This document shows, piece by piece, positions 50,401 to 62,990 of a stretch of DNA of 64,000 nucleotides; the first letter of the stretch is position 1; each line of letters starts with the position of its first letter. The stretch spans positions 6,324,001 through 6,388,000 of the forward strand of contig NC_134028.1 in the NCBI RefSeq assembly GCF_964204645.1. Direction: 5' to 3'. Both the position numbers and the translations under genes were made by a program. Under the pieces are notes generated by a model. It did not search any database, was not told the origin of the DNA, and worked only from the letters and a program-made list of their open reading frames with translations. The stretch is from Tubulanus polymorphus (Eukaryota > Animalia > Nemertea).

Positions 50401-51769
50401 ACCAGGTGTACGACCGCTGATGGGAGGCGGTGGAGGTTATGGTAGTTACGGAGGTTATGGAGGTGGCTATGACGGATATGGCGGGTAAGAAAGAGTGGAC
50501 TCCACTGGTCACATGAATGCAGCGTTCGATAGATCGCTTTTAGCTTCTTTTATCATAGGAGAAAAAATGACTTATTGAACTAGCTAATAGTAGTTCTTGA
50601 AATTTTAAACCAGGGTGGCCACTTTCCTGGATATCAGGGAATTTTCTTTACTTTGGAAAAGTCGGGAAGTATGGTAAAAAGCTAGTAAATGTAAAGGGAA
50701 TTTGATGAGATAGTTGGATCACGCCTGTAATCAAACAAATACCATCTCTATGTTTAACATACTTGACTGTTTGATTGATTGGATTTAGCAGATGAAGTCA
50801 GGAAAAACAATATACAGGTCAGGGAATACTCAGGGTGAATAAGCAAGTCGAATAAAAGTTGCCACCCTGTAAATGTTCTGGACCACGCTGTATAGACCCT
50901 CGAATATGCAGAAAGTAACTTGATTTTAAATATGCTACAGGTTGTAATGTGGATGTGTTTTATAAGATAAAATCCCACTATTTACAGATTAAAAGAATTT
51001 AAAAACAATAATTTATTATTCAATCTTAGATATATAAAAGACACGACGTTTCGATCTTACCCTAGAGATCATTGTCAGGTGTGAGAAACGGGTATATATA
51101 CAGAGGAGAACAGGTTAAGTGGATGTGTTTATATTTTCAGTGGTTACGGCGGTGGGTACAATGACGGGTACGGTGGCGGTTATCGGCAAGGAATGAAGAG
51201 ACCCAACGATGGCTACGGGGCTGGTGCACCGCATTGGAAGTCTGCACGTATGGGTGGAGGTAATGTCGTAAAAAAATCTTTATTCACTTGCATCAGAAAA
51301 AAATATGTAGCTTAATGAGTTTAACATGAAGATGAAAGCTGGTTGTCTTTAACAGGGTGGGGCCACTTACTGGAAATCAGAGAAACTCTGGGGAATGTTT
51401 GTTACTTTAAAAAAAGTCGGGGAATTTTGTATAAAGAATAAGAAGTTCAAAACCAGGGATAAGTCAGGGAAATATGTTCAGATTATTAGATTGCGTGCAT
51501 AATCAAACAGTTTCTGTCAATGTCTTACATTTGCAATGTCTTACTCGACTGTGTTAATTGATAGGATTCTTAGCAGATCAAGTCAGAGAAAACGACGTAC
51601 ATGTCAGGGAATAGTCGGGGGAGGAAGCAAAGAAAGAAACAAAGTTGTTTCGTAGTTCATGTTGAAACATTGCTGATATCATGGCTAATATTTTTTGAAT
51701 TTTGAAATAAATGATTGTGTCGTGCGTGTTTCAGGTGGTGGTGGCGGAGGTGGAAATAGAAGGTGGTAG
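44443..51769 (+). CDS. SAP - acidic tract - two RRM-like domains - RGG/Gly-Tyr-rich RNA-binding protein (nucleolin/hnRNP-like)
   Basis: ATG 44443 (SAP: FNKLTVAQLKEECTKLGISIVGNKKKADFVALL). Approx. exons 45082-45296, 45680-45897, 46674-46821, 47672-47805, 48580-48637, 49320-49574 (LYVHNLP..KGYAYLSF RNP2/RNP1), 50073-50235, 50344-50484, 51142-51259, 51735-51769 (GGGGNRRW*). Confidence 0.85.
51041..51083 (-). ncRNA. Minimal type I hammerhead ribozyme motif of Penelope type (G8A variant, probably inactive)
   Basis: Minus strand ACAC-CTGACAA-T-GATCT(CTAGGGTA)AGATC-GAAAC-GTC-GTGT: stem I, core, stem II, palindromic stem III. Lies in a ~160-bp insert flanked by GTGGATGTGTTT direct repeats. Confidence 0.65.
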
Positions 51770-53976
51770 AAACGAACCACAGCCGGTTTCATACGCTCCT
51801 AGAATCCCAGGTAGGTTTCAAGCGATGGTATTGAAAGCGGTTTCAAGACACACCCGAGTCTGTTTAAAACCCGCCCCAGGTTAAATAACGATTGAATAGT
51901 GGATCGTCATCGAAACGAAATCAGATCCATGTACACCGAAAAAGATTTTTCACTGAATTGATAATGCGAAAATTAGATTAATTTCATACATAAATGAAAT
52001 GTCTTAACAACATTTTCTGGTTACCGGTACCTGAAATTTGTTGCAACGAGGTTCTAATGTATGGAGACTCTTAAAGTCTCCGAAACTGTTTCCCAATTCT
52101 CATTGCTTTAAAATTTAAGATTCTTACTCTTCGTGAAAAGTTCGATTCTAAGTTGTCTTGTTTATTACTCGTGTTGCAGGGATAAAATCGTGGTCAAGTC
52201 ATCATGTTTTGTAAATATTGTACATACATTTAATTGTATTGTGCCAATGTCGTTGTTGTCTACGTCGTACACACACATCAGGACTATGAAGGTTTTATTC
52301 AACTCAGGTACGTTGTACTGTCAATAAGAGGAAATCAACAAGGCAGCTACTTCTTCAGTACACTACAACTACTACTACTTGCTACTACTATACGCGCGCT
52401 TCTGTACATAAGAAATGGAGAAAAAACTGTATCGGGTGAAAAGTAAAAAATTCTATTTTTCGAATTTACCGATGATGGCATATTAAGCAGATATTGCTTG
52501 ATCGGAATGCATTGTAATGTTGAAAGGATTTTTCCGGAGTCATCCCATACTCTGAGAGTGGCTTCGGTCGGACTTGGTTTCTGGTTATCAATGTAAAGAT
52601 GTACGTGCAGCGCCTCGCTCTCTTAACTCGATTCCAATTTTGTACATTTAACGTCGCATTTTTTATACGTAAAATGTCGGGATATTTTCATCATCGGTGT
52701 GAAATTCATTATCGTCAGGTAGAATCTAGTTGTTAATTATCATAACCGAGGTTTCTTCGCCGCCATTTTTCTGCGATGGTTATCGTGCCCGGTTTGCCCT
52801 AGACCAGATCTGGTTTAATGTCGTCGAATGGTTCAACTAGTCCTATTCGGTATCGGTCGATTCAGAAAACCAATCAAGGTGACATTTTTTTGAAGATTCT
52901 CTTGGGAAAGGTCTTCAATTTCCTCGGGCGAATCAAGAAATATTTATTGTACGAACACTACTTTAGATGAGGCATCATCTACTCTGGTATTTTACCTGCC
53001 GAATTAGTTAAGTACCTACTGGGTAGATGAGATCTGTTCCTGTACGCGCTAAACGCCTATTCAATTTGGTCCAATAATATTTACATTGATTGATTTACGT
53101 GATGATTTCGAGTTTTTAGAAAGTAAGGTAATTTATTTTTTCATTCATTCTAAGATTTGTGCTCCATCGAAGGGATTATTTTGGCTTACTGGATTCGAAT
53201 TGGGTGGAGTCTACTCCATACGTGATTCGTTTGGCGAATTAAATATTTTCTTATTTTTTCCGATGTTCGGTCGGTACCGAGGTGGGCAGAGTTTATCGAC
53301 GGACGATATGAAAACCACTTAGCTGTCTTGATTGAATTATTTCGGGGATACACGCGCTCATATTGTTCATAAAAGCATTTAATTATCCGCAGTCTAGTTT
53401 TTATTCGGACCATCATTTTGTAAATATTTCATTTTTTTATCGAACTAAAAAATAGAGAAAATGATATTCGGTGAATTGGTTAATATGTATAATCGCTTTT
53501 AAAAACTAATCTGAAATGAACATTGTCAACTTTACTGGTGAATATGTGAATGTGTCATCATGGCCGAAATTAACTCTCGCAGTTTCAATTTGAATGTTAT
53601 TTCTACGGAATAGAATAGAAAGATAAATTATTTTCAGAATTAATTCAAATTGAATTGGATGATCAACTTTAGTTTTATGGAATAAATGAATGGTTTAAGT
53701 TTACATAATGGTCACACGTTTTGATTCGAATGTTTTATTACCATGATATTTTAGAAATGAATTACATACATAAATGTAAATGAACAATAGCCATTTTATT
53801 AGAAAATAAATGTTTTATCATGAATATAGATTATTTGTTATGTCAGATTTTGCCTATGGTTGAGGTGAAGCTTATATTTTTTGGTCGGTGCCAGACCTAT
53901 GACTGTCCATTTGATGCCCATATTGTTCCTCGAGCCAGACTTACAAGACCTGATTCCCGGAGGATTGGCTAGTTAA

Positions 53977-56935
53977 CTAAATGTATTTGATTCCCAGTTC
54001 GTCCCTGAGTACCCGCATTCGAGAGCGAACGTCGTCCCAATCGAGGTACATTCCTTCAAGATGTCGGGCACCGTCTGAACCAACGTCGTAAGCTTCCCGC
54101 GCGTGCATGACCCGGGTATTATCAAATACAACGATATCCCCTGAAATGAATAAAAACTATCGAATTAAGGTAAGAACACTTGAGGACGTAAGGAAATTTT
54201 CTATTTGCCAGTAATGTAATTGAAACTTAGTAGCTTTTGAACGATTCAAGACATTGGAGAAATGAAGTGTGGGTGAAAAGAACGTTGATACTACCACCCC
54301 ATTGCTATTTACTGCAGTCAAACTCGTAATCACTTGGGACCGACGAAATGCGAAATCAGTAGTAAACTCACTTAAGTCGGACCTTCTGGGACAATAAAAA
54401 CGTGCCCAATTTGAGTGATATCCGAGTTGGATTTTGTATTCTATAGATCCTCAAAAAATATTTCAAAAGACATCCGAGTTGATCGTATCCGAATTGGGCG
54501 GAGCAACTGGATGTAACTGAATTTCAATAGGATATGTGTGAATACTAAATATGACGCCATTAAGGAATCATTATAACGAAATTATCGCTAGTTTTATGAA
54601 TTTACGGAACTTTCATCTGTACCTGGTTTCAACAGGTGCGTCACGTAGTTTTTAGGGTCGTTCATTATTTCGTTAAGTTTCTTCAAGGCTTTGTAAACGA
54701 GTTGAACGTTTTCAAGAGGCACGCTGTTCATGAATGAGTCTCTCGTGACGTCGTTGTATCGCACGGCTATCACCCTACCTCGTCGATTGCGTCTGAAATG
54801 AAAAACAGATGATCATTCTGCTCGGTGGATCAACATCTGATTGTCGTAATGAACATCAAAATATATCGGTTTCATTTGCAATTCAAAATTATACGAATTT
54901 CAATTCAAATCCAAGCTAATTCGAGTTAGATTCATTAACCAACTTTGGCTAATTCCTAATTCTCCGCATAGTTTACTGGTGCGTTGTTTCGTCTAAATGT
55001 GCAGTTGAATGTAAAATCTGTACGGTAGCAATATTCTATGAAAACAAAATCATATATATCATATTCATAACCCATTTCTGTGGGTGTCGTATTATTATTA
55101 TTCAAGGCCTAGTTTTATTAATACGTAAATAAGCCCCTGTTAATCTATAGAACCGCTTCCACGGTTAATGTTCTGAAAAACCAGAATTTTATGGAAGCAA
55201 ATTCTTTACATTTTTCATTTCTCATTCGATGGATAATATAAAAAATACATAAAGATCATTTTATGTATTTTTGATAAAACGCTGTGCCCGGTCAAATTCG
55301 CCCCGAAGTGAACCTGGAAAGTGGTGCAGTTTCTGTAATTCAGAAAAAGAGAACATACACGAAAACCGGCCATTGGTGAATGAGTTTAAACTTGTAATCG
55401 TCAGTTCCTATATCTATGAAGGCGAGAATCTGCTCGCAGAGCAGTTTGTAATATTCAGGGTACTCATTTTCCATTATTTTAGCCGCGTTTGTCGCATCAA
55501 CAAATCGGTTTCGACCTCCGGTCGAGGTGTTCTTAAGGCAATGTAAAAATTGTACCTGAAAAGGAAAATATGAATTTGGTTGAAAAAATTCGAAAATGAG
55601 TTTCATACGATACCAGTATGCAATAAATCGGCATTTCTTATTTCTTAAAAAGTGAAATGACACTAGACTAATCAATTCGAAAACTAAATGGTTAAAAAGA
55701 TATTCTATAGATTGACGTAAAAGTAATATTATTTGATATTCATTACCCCAGGTACGTGGAGATAGAAGCAAAGATCGCTATGAAATTCTAATGTACTGTT
55801 GGTATAAGCCGCGTTCGATGGGTTTGTTTTGCTTTCGACTTCAAAATATTCACTGAAAAATAGATGTATATAATTGTTTTTAGAAAGAAATCCTAAAATC
55901 CATATCAATCTTAGATGAAATATACTAATTGAGTGCTTACCCGTAATTAGTTTTTCTAGAAAAACATATTTTCTCGGCTATTTTTCTCAAATGCCCGGTA
56001 GTTTCTGTCGGAGCATTCCGAATTAAAGCCAGCCCGAACCAATCCATATGAGTCAACCAATCCAGAAAATGGTTGGCATCATCTGATGAGGTAATCTAAA
56101 ACAAAAATATTGAATCAACAAATGTTTTTATCTTATCCTAGTCGGTTGATGAAATTTGAAATGTTTTCGGTCGCTTCTCGTACTTTGTCATAATCGAAAG
56201 TGGGAATGTTGTCCTGCATTTCGGCTCCCCAGTGCTTATGTAGTTGCCCAAAGACCTCCAGTCTTTTCTCTCGAGCTGTTTCAGTGAATGATCTTTCCCG
56301 TAACCATTCACTAGTACATGTAGTTTGATGCCCGTCCGGCCATGTGATCGTCAGATTCCCATCTTCACCGACCTAACGAAGTGAAATCTTTTGATCATTT
56401 CGAATTGAAAATACGATTTTTCGACTTTTCCCCAAAAAGTAATGTATTATCTGCGCTAAACGCACACACGAGGAACATATCGTCCAATGATTTCATCTTC
56501 TTCCAAACTATCACTTACCACTGCGTTTTTTGGTTGAATATCTGGATCTAAATCCCTCATCGGAACGAGTCTGGATATAGTGGACGGGTGGAAACAGGCA
56601 GGACATTGACAGTTATCCCTGAGCCAGACGTACGGATAACTCGTCTGCGAACCGTCGTTCCAAGTAACATCCAGCCACTTTTTCACCGAGTTTTTGGTGA
56701 CTGCCACTGCCCGTAATGGCTGTCCGTGCCCACCGATCGACTGTGTGTGCTGGAGTTGCGATCCACTCGTCAATCTCATGGTCGTCTTCGGGTTCCATAA
56801 TCGCTTGAGGTTTATGTTCCACGAGACACAAATCGTCCGTATCAGGGTCTTTCGACTGACTACATTGTTCCCGGGGACGCCATTGGAAAAAATACGCGTT
56901 AGTATATGCGGCTTGTACCTTACAGCACACATCAT
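53977..56935 (-). CDS. BBOX1: Gamma-butyrobetaine dioxygenase-like Fe(II)/2OG enzyme, copy A (intact)
   Basis: Seven exons in frame: WLRDNCQCPACFH and WPDGH (Zn site), NYGEYFEV..NAAYT..FHSDL (HxD), VQFLHC..GGRNRFVDA, GDIVVFDNTRVMHAR..RHLEGMYLDWD..KYI*. Symbol denotes the family, not proven orthology. Confidence 0.9.
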
Positions 56936-57506
56936 ATATCTATAGTTCTGCCGTGTTAGAAAAAACAAGCTTTCGTACGATAATAGATCGTGAACGAGTT
57001 CGCACTATTGTACTAGAATAATTACCAAAACCTGTCCCTATTCTGCCACTGTATAAAAGCGACGAAAAATTGTTACCATTGTTGCGTCCGGACTGGTATC
57101 GATGGAAAATGAGAGATACCTACTGCCGTTTTACAAATCGTAACGCATCGACAGCTGCGTATAAGCTAGAGTTGATTTGAATAAATTCAGACTAATTAGA
57201 TATGCAATGTTAAACCGAGGCTTAGCGCATATTGTGCATCTGGTGTCAGATTGTTATTTTTTTCTCGTCTATGGTTCAATGTTAATTTCACGAGAATCCT
57301 TGCCCTTGGTCCCAACGCGTTACGATACGGGAGTGACTATTCAGATATGATTTCGAAAGGACAACTTTCCGAAGAATAAGAATTTTAATTATTTTATTCA
57401 TCGGCAAAAGAACATGATCGCATTATTACAACAAGATTATACATTACTTATAGAGAAATAACAGATTTATAACAAAATTCGTAGAGTAGCCGTGTTAACA
57501 AGGTTT

Positions 57507-57646
57507 AAAATAAGTAACGAGACGAGTAGTACTGTATAGGTTAACTATTTAGCTTTCGCTTCTAATGAATAGAAGCTTCACCTGATGAAGCTTCTATTCA
57601 ATAAATAGTTAACCTATACAGTACTACTCGTCTCGTTACTTATTTT
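57507..57646. mobile_element. Near-perfect 140-bp foldback made of two inverted Penelope-type hammerhead-containing termini
   Basis: 45-bp perfect arms (57507-57551 / 57602-57646); inner TGAATAGAAGCTTCA-CCTGA-TGAAGCTTCTATTCA; CTGATGA on +, GCTTCTA-TTCAT-TAGAAGC-GAAA on -. Confidence 0.7.
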
Positions 57647-57795
57647 AGATATATAACATCTACTATCTCCTTATAATGTAGAATTTGTGCAAGATGATAT
57701 ATGGATAATTCTATGGCATCTTATCCGGTCAACGCGCGAACCAAACAACATGGATGATTACTCTACTACTCGATAAAAACAAGAGAGAATGTCAA

Positions 57796-60639
57796 CTATT
57801 TGATTCCCAGTTCGTCTCTGAGTACCCGCATTCGAGAGCGAACGTCGTCCCAATCGATGTACATTCCTTCAAGATGTCTGACACCGTCTGAACCAACGTC
57901 GTAAGCTTCCCGCGCGTGCAAAACACGGGTATTATCAAATACAACGATATCCCCTGAAATGAATCAAATCTATCGAATACATGAAGGACATTTTTGGACG
58001 TTAGATATGATTTTCTATTTACCAGCAAATACATTGTGATTTAATCTTAGTAGCTTTTTAACGATCCAAGACTTAGGAGAAATGAAGACTGGCCGTGTGG
58101 GTGATAAGCCCATCGCTAACTACCCCGTTGCTATACACAGTCAAACTCCCTATCACTTTGTACTAATTCCAGTGAAATGCGAAATACCGTGGTAGGCTCC
58201 TCAAGTCGGATCTTTTGGGGAATGTCCGATTTTAGTTATGTTCGAGTCGATCGGACCCGACTCGAGCGGTGTGTAATGTATGGGACTGAATGTCAATGGG
58301 ATGTGTGTAAAAAGGAACTGTAGGTGAAACTACGATTACAATTATTACGAATAAATAAATTTATGAATTTTTATGAACTTTCATCTGTACCTGGTTTCAA
58401 CATGTGGGTCACGTAGTTTTTAGGGTCGTTCATTATTTCGTCAAGTTTCGTCAAGGCTTTGTAAACGGGTTGAACGTTTTTGAGATTGACGCTGTTCATA
58501 AATGAGTCTCTCGTGACATTGCTATATCGCACGGCTATCACCCTACCTCGTCGATTGCGTCTGAAGAAAAAGAAAACAGATGTAGAATCACCCTGCTCGG
58601 TGGATCAAGATATGATTAACATATGTCATACTCAACTTGATAACCCATTCCTGTGATTTACGTGCCTTATTATCTAACTATCATTCGAGGCCTATTTTCA
58701 TTAATATGATAATTACATATGTTAAACTCTACCGCTGTAAACGTGCTGAAAATTCAGAATATTTTCATCGTTTTCGATGATTTCCTCTAAAGTAAGGTCT
58801 TTCGATAACGATTCTAGGAGACTCATAAATCTCAAAATTTTGATCTTTCGCCATTGGACAGATGCTTTTCCCGATTCAACATTTCGCTCTAAATTAAACT
58901 TTTTGTTGGCGTTTGTACATGTAGAAAAAGAGAACATACACGAAAACCGGCCATTGGTGAATGAGTTTAAACTTGTAATCGTCAGTTCCTATATCTATGA
59001 AGGCGAGTCTGTTCGCAGAGCAGTTTGTAATATTCAGGGTACTCATTTTCCATTATTTTAGCCGCATTTGTCGCATCAACAAATCGATTTCGACCTCCGG
59101 TCGAGGTGTTTTTGAGGCAATGTAGAAATTGTACCTAAAAAGAAAATATGAATTTGGTTGAAAAAATTCGAGGAAATGAGTTTCATGTGCATATACGTTT
59201 GTCGGTATGCGTCATATATGTTTCTTAAGTGAAATGAATTAGATATACCGATTCGAAAAGTATGTGGTTAAGAAGTTATTTAGATTGACAATAAAGTAAA
59301 TGTTGATATTCATTACCCCGGGTACGTGGAGATAATTGCAAAGATCGCTATGATATTCTAGATTTCGGTTGGTGTAAGCCGTGTTTGATGGGTTTGTTTT
59401 GCTTTCGACTTGAAAATATTCACTGAAAATAGATATTGTGTACTACATATTTCTATAGTATGTACATTCTTGATTTCCGCATATGGGATGCAGTAAAAGC
59501 GTAACTATTGTAATCCAGATTTTGATTTCATCTCGGCGTTTTCGACAGTCCAAATGATACAACGCGGTTTTAACGCAAATCCATCCACGCAGAAACCTTT
59601 ATATATGAATCTTAGATGAAATATGGACCTGATTTAGTGCTTACCCGTAATTAGTTTTTCTGGGAAAACATATTTTCTCGGCTATTTTTCTCAAATGCCC
59701 GGTAGTTTCTGTCGGTGCATTCCGCATTAAAGCCAGCCCGAACCAATCCATATGAGTCAACCAATCCAGAAAATGCGGGTTGGCATCATCTGATGAGGTA
59801 ATCTAATTAAAAGAAATACTGAATCAACAAATGTTTCTATCTTACCCTGGTTGGTTGATGATATTTGAAATGTTTTCGGTCGCTTCTCGTACTTTGTCAT
59901 AATCGAAAGTGGGAATGTTGTCCTGCATTTCGGCTCCCCAGTGCTTATGTAGTTGCCCAAAGACCTCCAGTCTTTTCTCTCGAGCTGTTTCATTGAATGA
60001 TCTTTCCCGCAACCATTCACTTGTACATGTAGTTTGATGCCCGTCCGGCCAAGTGATCGTCAGATTCCAATCTTCACCAACCTGATGTCAAAACGAAGTA
60101 GAATCTATTAATCATTTCGAAATGAAAATGCGATTTTTTCGTTATTTCCCTCAAAAAGTAATGTACCTGCTAATTGCACTCACGAGGCACATATCGTCCA
60201 ATGATTATTCTATCTTTCCTCCCAAACTATCACTTACCACTGCGTCTTTTGGTTGAATTTCTGGATCTAAATCCCTCATCGGAACGAGTCTGGATATAGT
60301 GGACGGGTGGAAACAGGCGGGACATTGACAGTTATCTCTGAGCCAGACGTACGGATAACTCGTCTGCGAACCATCGTTCCAAGTAACATCCAGCCACTTT
60401 TTCACCGAGTTTTTGGTGACTGCCACCGCCCATATTGGTTGTCCAAGCCCACTGATCGACTGTGTGTGCTGAAGTTGCGTTCCTTGTCTCAATCTCACGG
60501 TCGTCTTCGGGTTCCATAATTGCTTGTAGTTAAAGTTCCACGCGTCACAAATTGTCTTCCGACCAACTACATTATTCCTGGGGACGCCATTGGAAAAAAT
60601 ACGCGTTAGTTTGCGCGTTCTGTATCTTACAGTTAGCAT
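57796..60639 (-). pseudogene. BBOX1-like copy B with a 2-nt frameshift in exon 5
   Basis: Same seven-exon layout as copy A. GGCGAG-TCTG at 59002-59011 versus GGCGAGAATCTG in copy A gives ..CEQTRLHRYRN* before the distal His and the 2OG-binding Arg. An assembly error cannot be excluded. Confidence 0.75.
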
Positions 60640-61522
60640 TATGTCGTGTTGAAAAACATTTCCGTACGACAGAGTGTTGTGACCGAGTTCGCGCTATTGT
60701 ACTAGAATAATTACTCGCCCCCAGTCTGAACCGCCAAGCGACTGATTGGGATTAGATTTTTTGGTACCTAATTCATTACATCGGGATTTTGGGTATAACT
60801 AAGGTTGAAGATAATTTGGTCCATTTTTTATATTTATTGTCTTTTTTCCACGTGTAAATAGTCTGAACGTTTATTGTAGTTTCTTCTCGGGTAAATATTG
60901 ACGTAGAAGTCCAGTGTTTGTTGATGTAGTGGTCCAGTCACCCTTGGTTTAATGTTTTAGATTTATTTCATCAGAATCCATGCCCTTGGTCCCAATACGT
61001 TTCTATACGGTATCATCAGGTGTATTGATTTCGAAAGAATAACAAATTGTTGAAGAATGAGACATTTTTTATTTCTAAGACACAAGCACATTATTGCATT
61101 ATTACGTACAAGAAGATTAAACATTATTTACAGAAATTACATATCAAATATCCGGAACATTATCTCATTCCTCATTAAGGCGAATTTGTGCAAGTGTTTT
61201 TGCTTATATGGATAGTCATATAGAGGGTCTAATTTGGTCAACGCGGATAAAAACGAAAAAAGCTTTCGAGCTATATTCATGCACAAAGGGAACCATTCAG
61301 GCTGGACAGAAGATTGTTTACCCGACATTTCCAATTCTGTCGTTAAGCGAAATGTGATACTTTTTTGTACTTCGATATCCGATTTTGATGAATATATGTT
61401 CGCAGGTGGAACAGCACGAGAGAGTTCGGTGCATGAAGATTAATTCGTTAAAACCTTTCATTCAGGGTAGAAATCTCCGCTATACGCGTCATGGCGGTAA
61501 CTTATATGTCGTCGTTTATATC

Positions 61523-62990
61523 CTATATGTCCAGTTCTTCTTTGAGAACTCGGGTGCGCGAATGGATTTCATCCCAGTCGATGTACATCCCTTCAAGATG
61601 TCGAACACCAGTTGAGCCGACGTCGTAACCTTCCCGCGCGTGCAAAACACGGGTATTGTCAAATGCAGCAATATCACCTGAAAATAAGTTATGTTCTTTT
61701 TAGTACTTCATGCTTTTTATGTCGACACTATTCTTTTTACACGCTAAAAATACAAGGAATTTATCGTATATTCAGCAGAAACGAGACCTCCAGTTAGATT
61801 TCAAATAACGGGCAAGCATAGAACTAGTCAGTAACCTGTCTGTGGTTTAGTTTCACGATCGGATATTTTCACAAACCACAACTTACCACCAACGATTAGG
61901 TAAGCATAGAACTTAACTCATTTCGAATACGTATCGTTCTCGGCACAAGCTCTTACGACTTCTAACTAAAACGGGTCGGGTTGAAATCTTCTTAGACCGG
62001 ACTTAAAGTTTTTAGATTGGCTACAAATTGTCTAAATGTTTATACAGCTGACCTTTCGGTTCAATTTGAAAGTTATTATGAATAACCGCCAATTACGAGA
62101 GTGAAATCAGTTAAATCGTGCTAGTGAACTCTGCGCGATTTGAATTGATCAAACAGCCTCTTTGGACCCGAACTTTAATCGCATTTGAGGACTCTGATCT
62201 GTGTGTGAATTTGTCGTTGATTATCAAATGGAATCAAATAGCATTACTTTGACCCGAACGTTGAATATAGGCCTTCTGTAGTGGACTGTGGTCTGTGTGA
62301 AAGTGCCGGCGTTGTATCACATGAAATTCTAAGAACTACTTCTGACCGGCACTCTCTACGCCAATCATGAATTAGAAGTGCGTTAATTTGTTTCATTTTT
62401 ATCTCACTTCGCATTATCTATGGTCAGGGCATCAACATACCTGCTCTAGGCATGTGAGTTACGTGATTTTTCGGATCGTACATGATGTCATCCAATTTTC
62501 TCAACGCTTTGTAAACGGGTTGAACATCTTCGATGGGAACGCTATTCATAAATGAGTCTCTTGACTGATTGTTGTAACGGATTGCCGTCACTCTACCGCG
62601 AAGATTACGTCTGAAATGACATAAACACAAAATTAGGCCCGCTAGAAAAGCATAGAATCGTTCTGCACACGATTTGAAAAACGTGTTGCACTTGGTAAAC
62701 CGTAAGCGGAAAAGTATTTTTCGGTTATTTAGAAATGGAGTTTCATGTTCAGAAATCTTAAAAGTACGCCTTATTTTAGATGCAAATACGTACATAAAAA
62801 CCGGCCACTGAGTAATCATATTGAATTTGTATTCGTCCACACCGATATCATTAAAATCAAGGATTCTCGTACAAAGCAGTTTGTAATATTCGGGGTATTC
62901 GTCTTCTAAGATTTTAGCCGCGTAGGAAGCATCGACGAACTGGTTTCGACCCCCGGAAGACGTGTTCTTTACACAGTGCAGAAATTGAAC
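61523..62990 (-). CDS. BBOX1-like copy C, last three exons (5' exons not found within the window)
   Basis: Approx. exons 62990-62790 (VQFLHCVKNTSSGGRNQFVDA), 62610-62441 (IRYNNQSRDSF), 61677-61523 (DIAAFDNTRVLHAREGY..HLEGMYIDWD..ELDI*). Confidence 0.88.
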
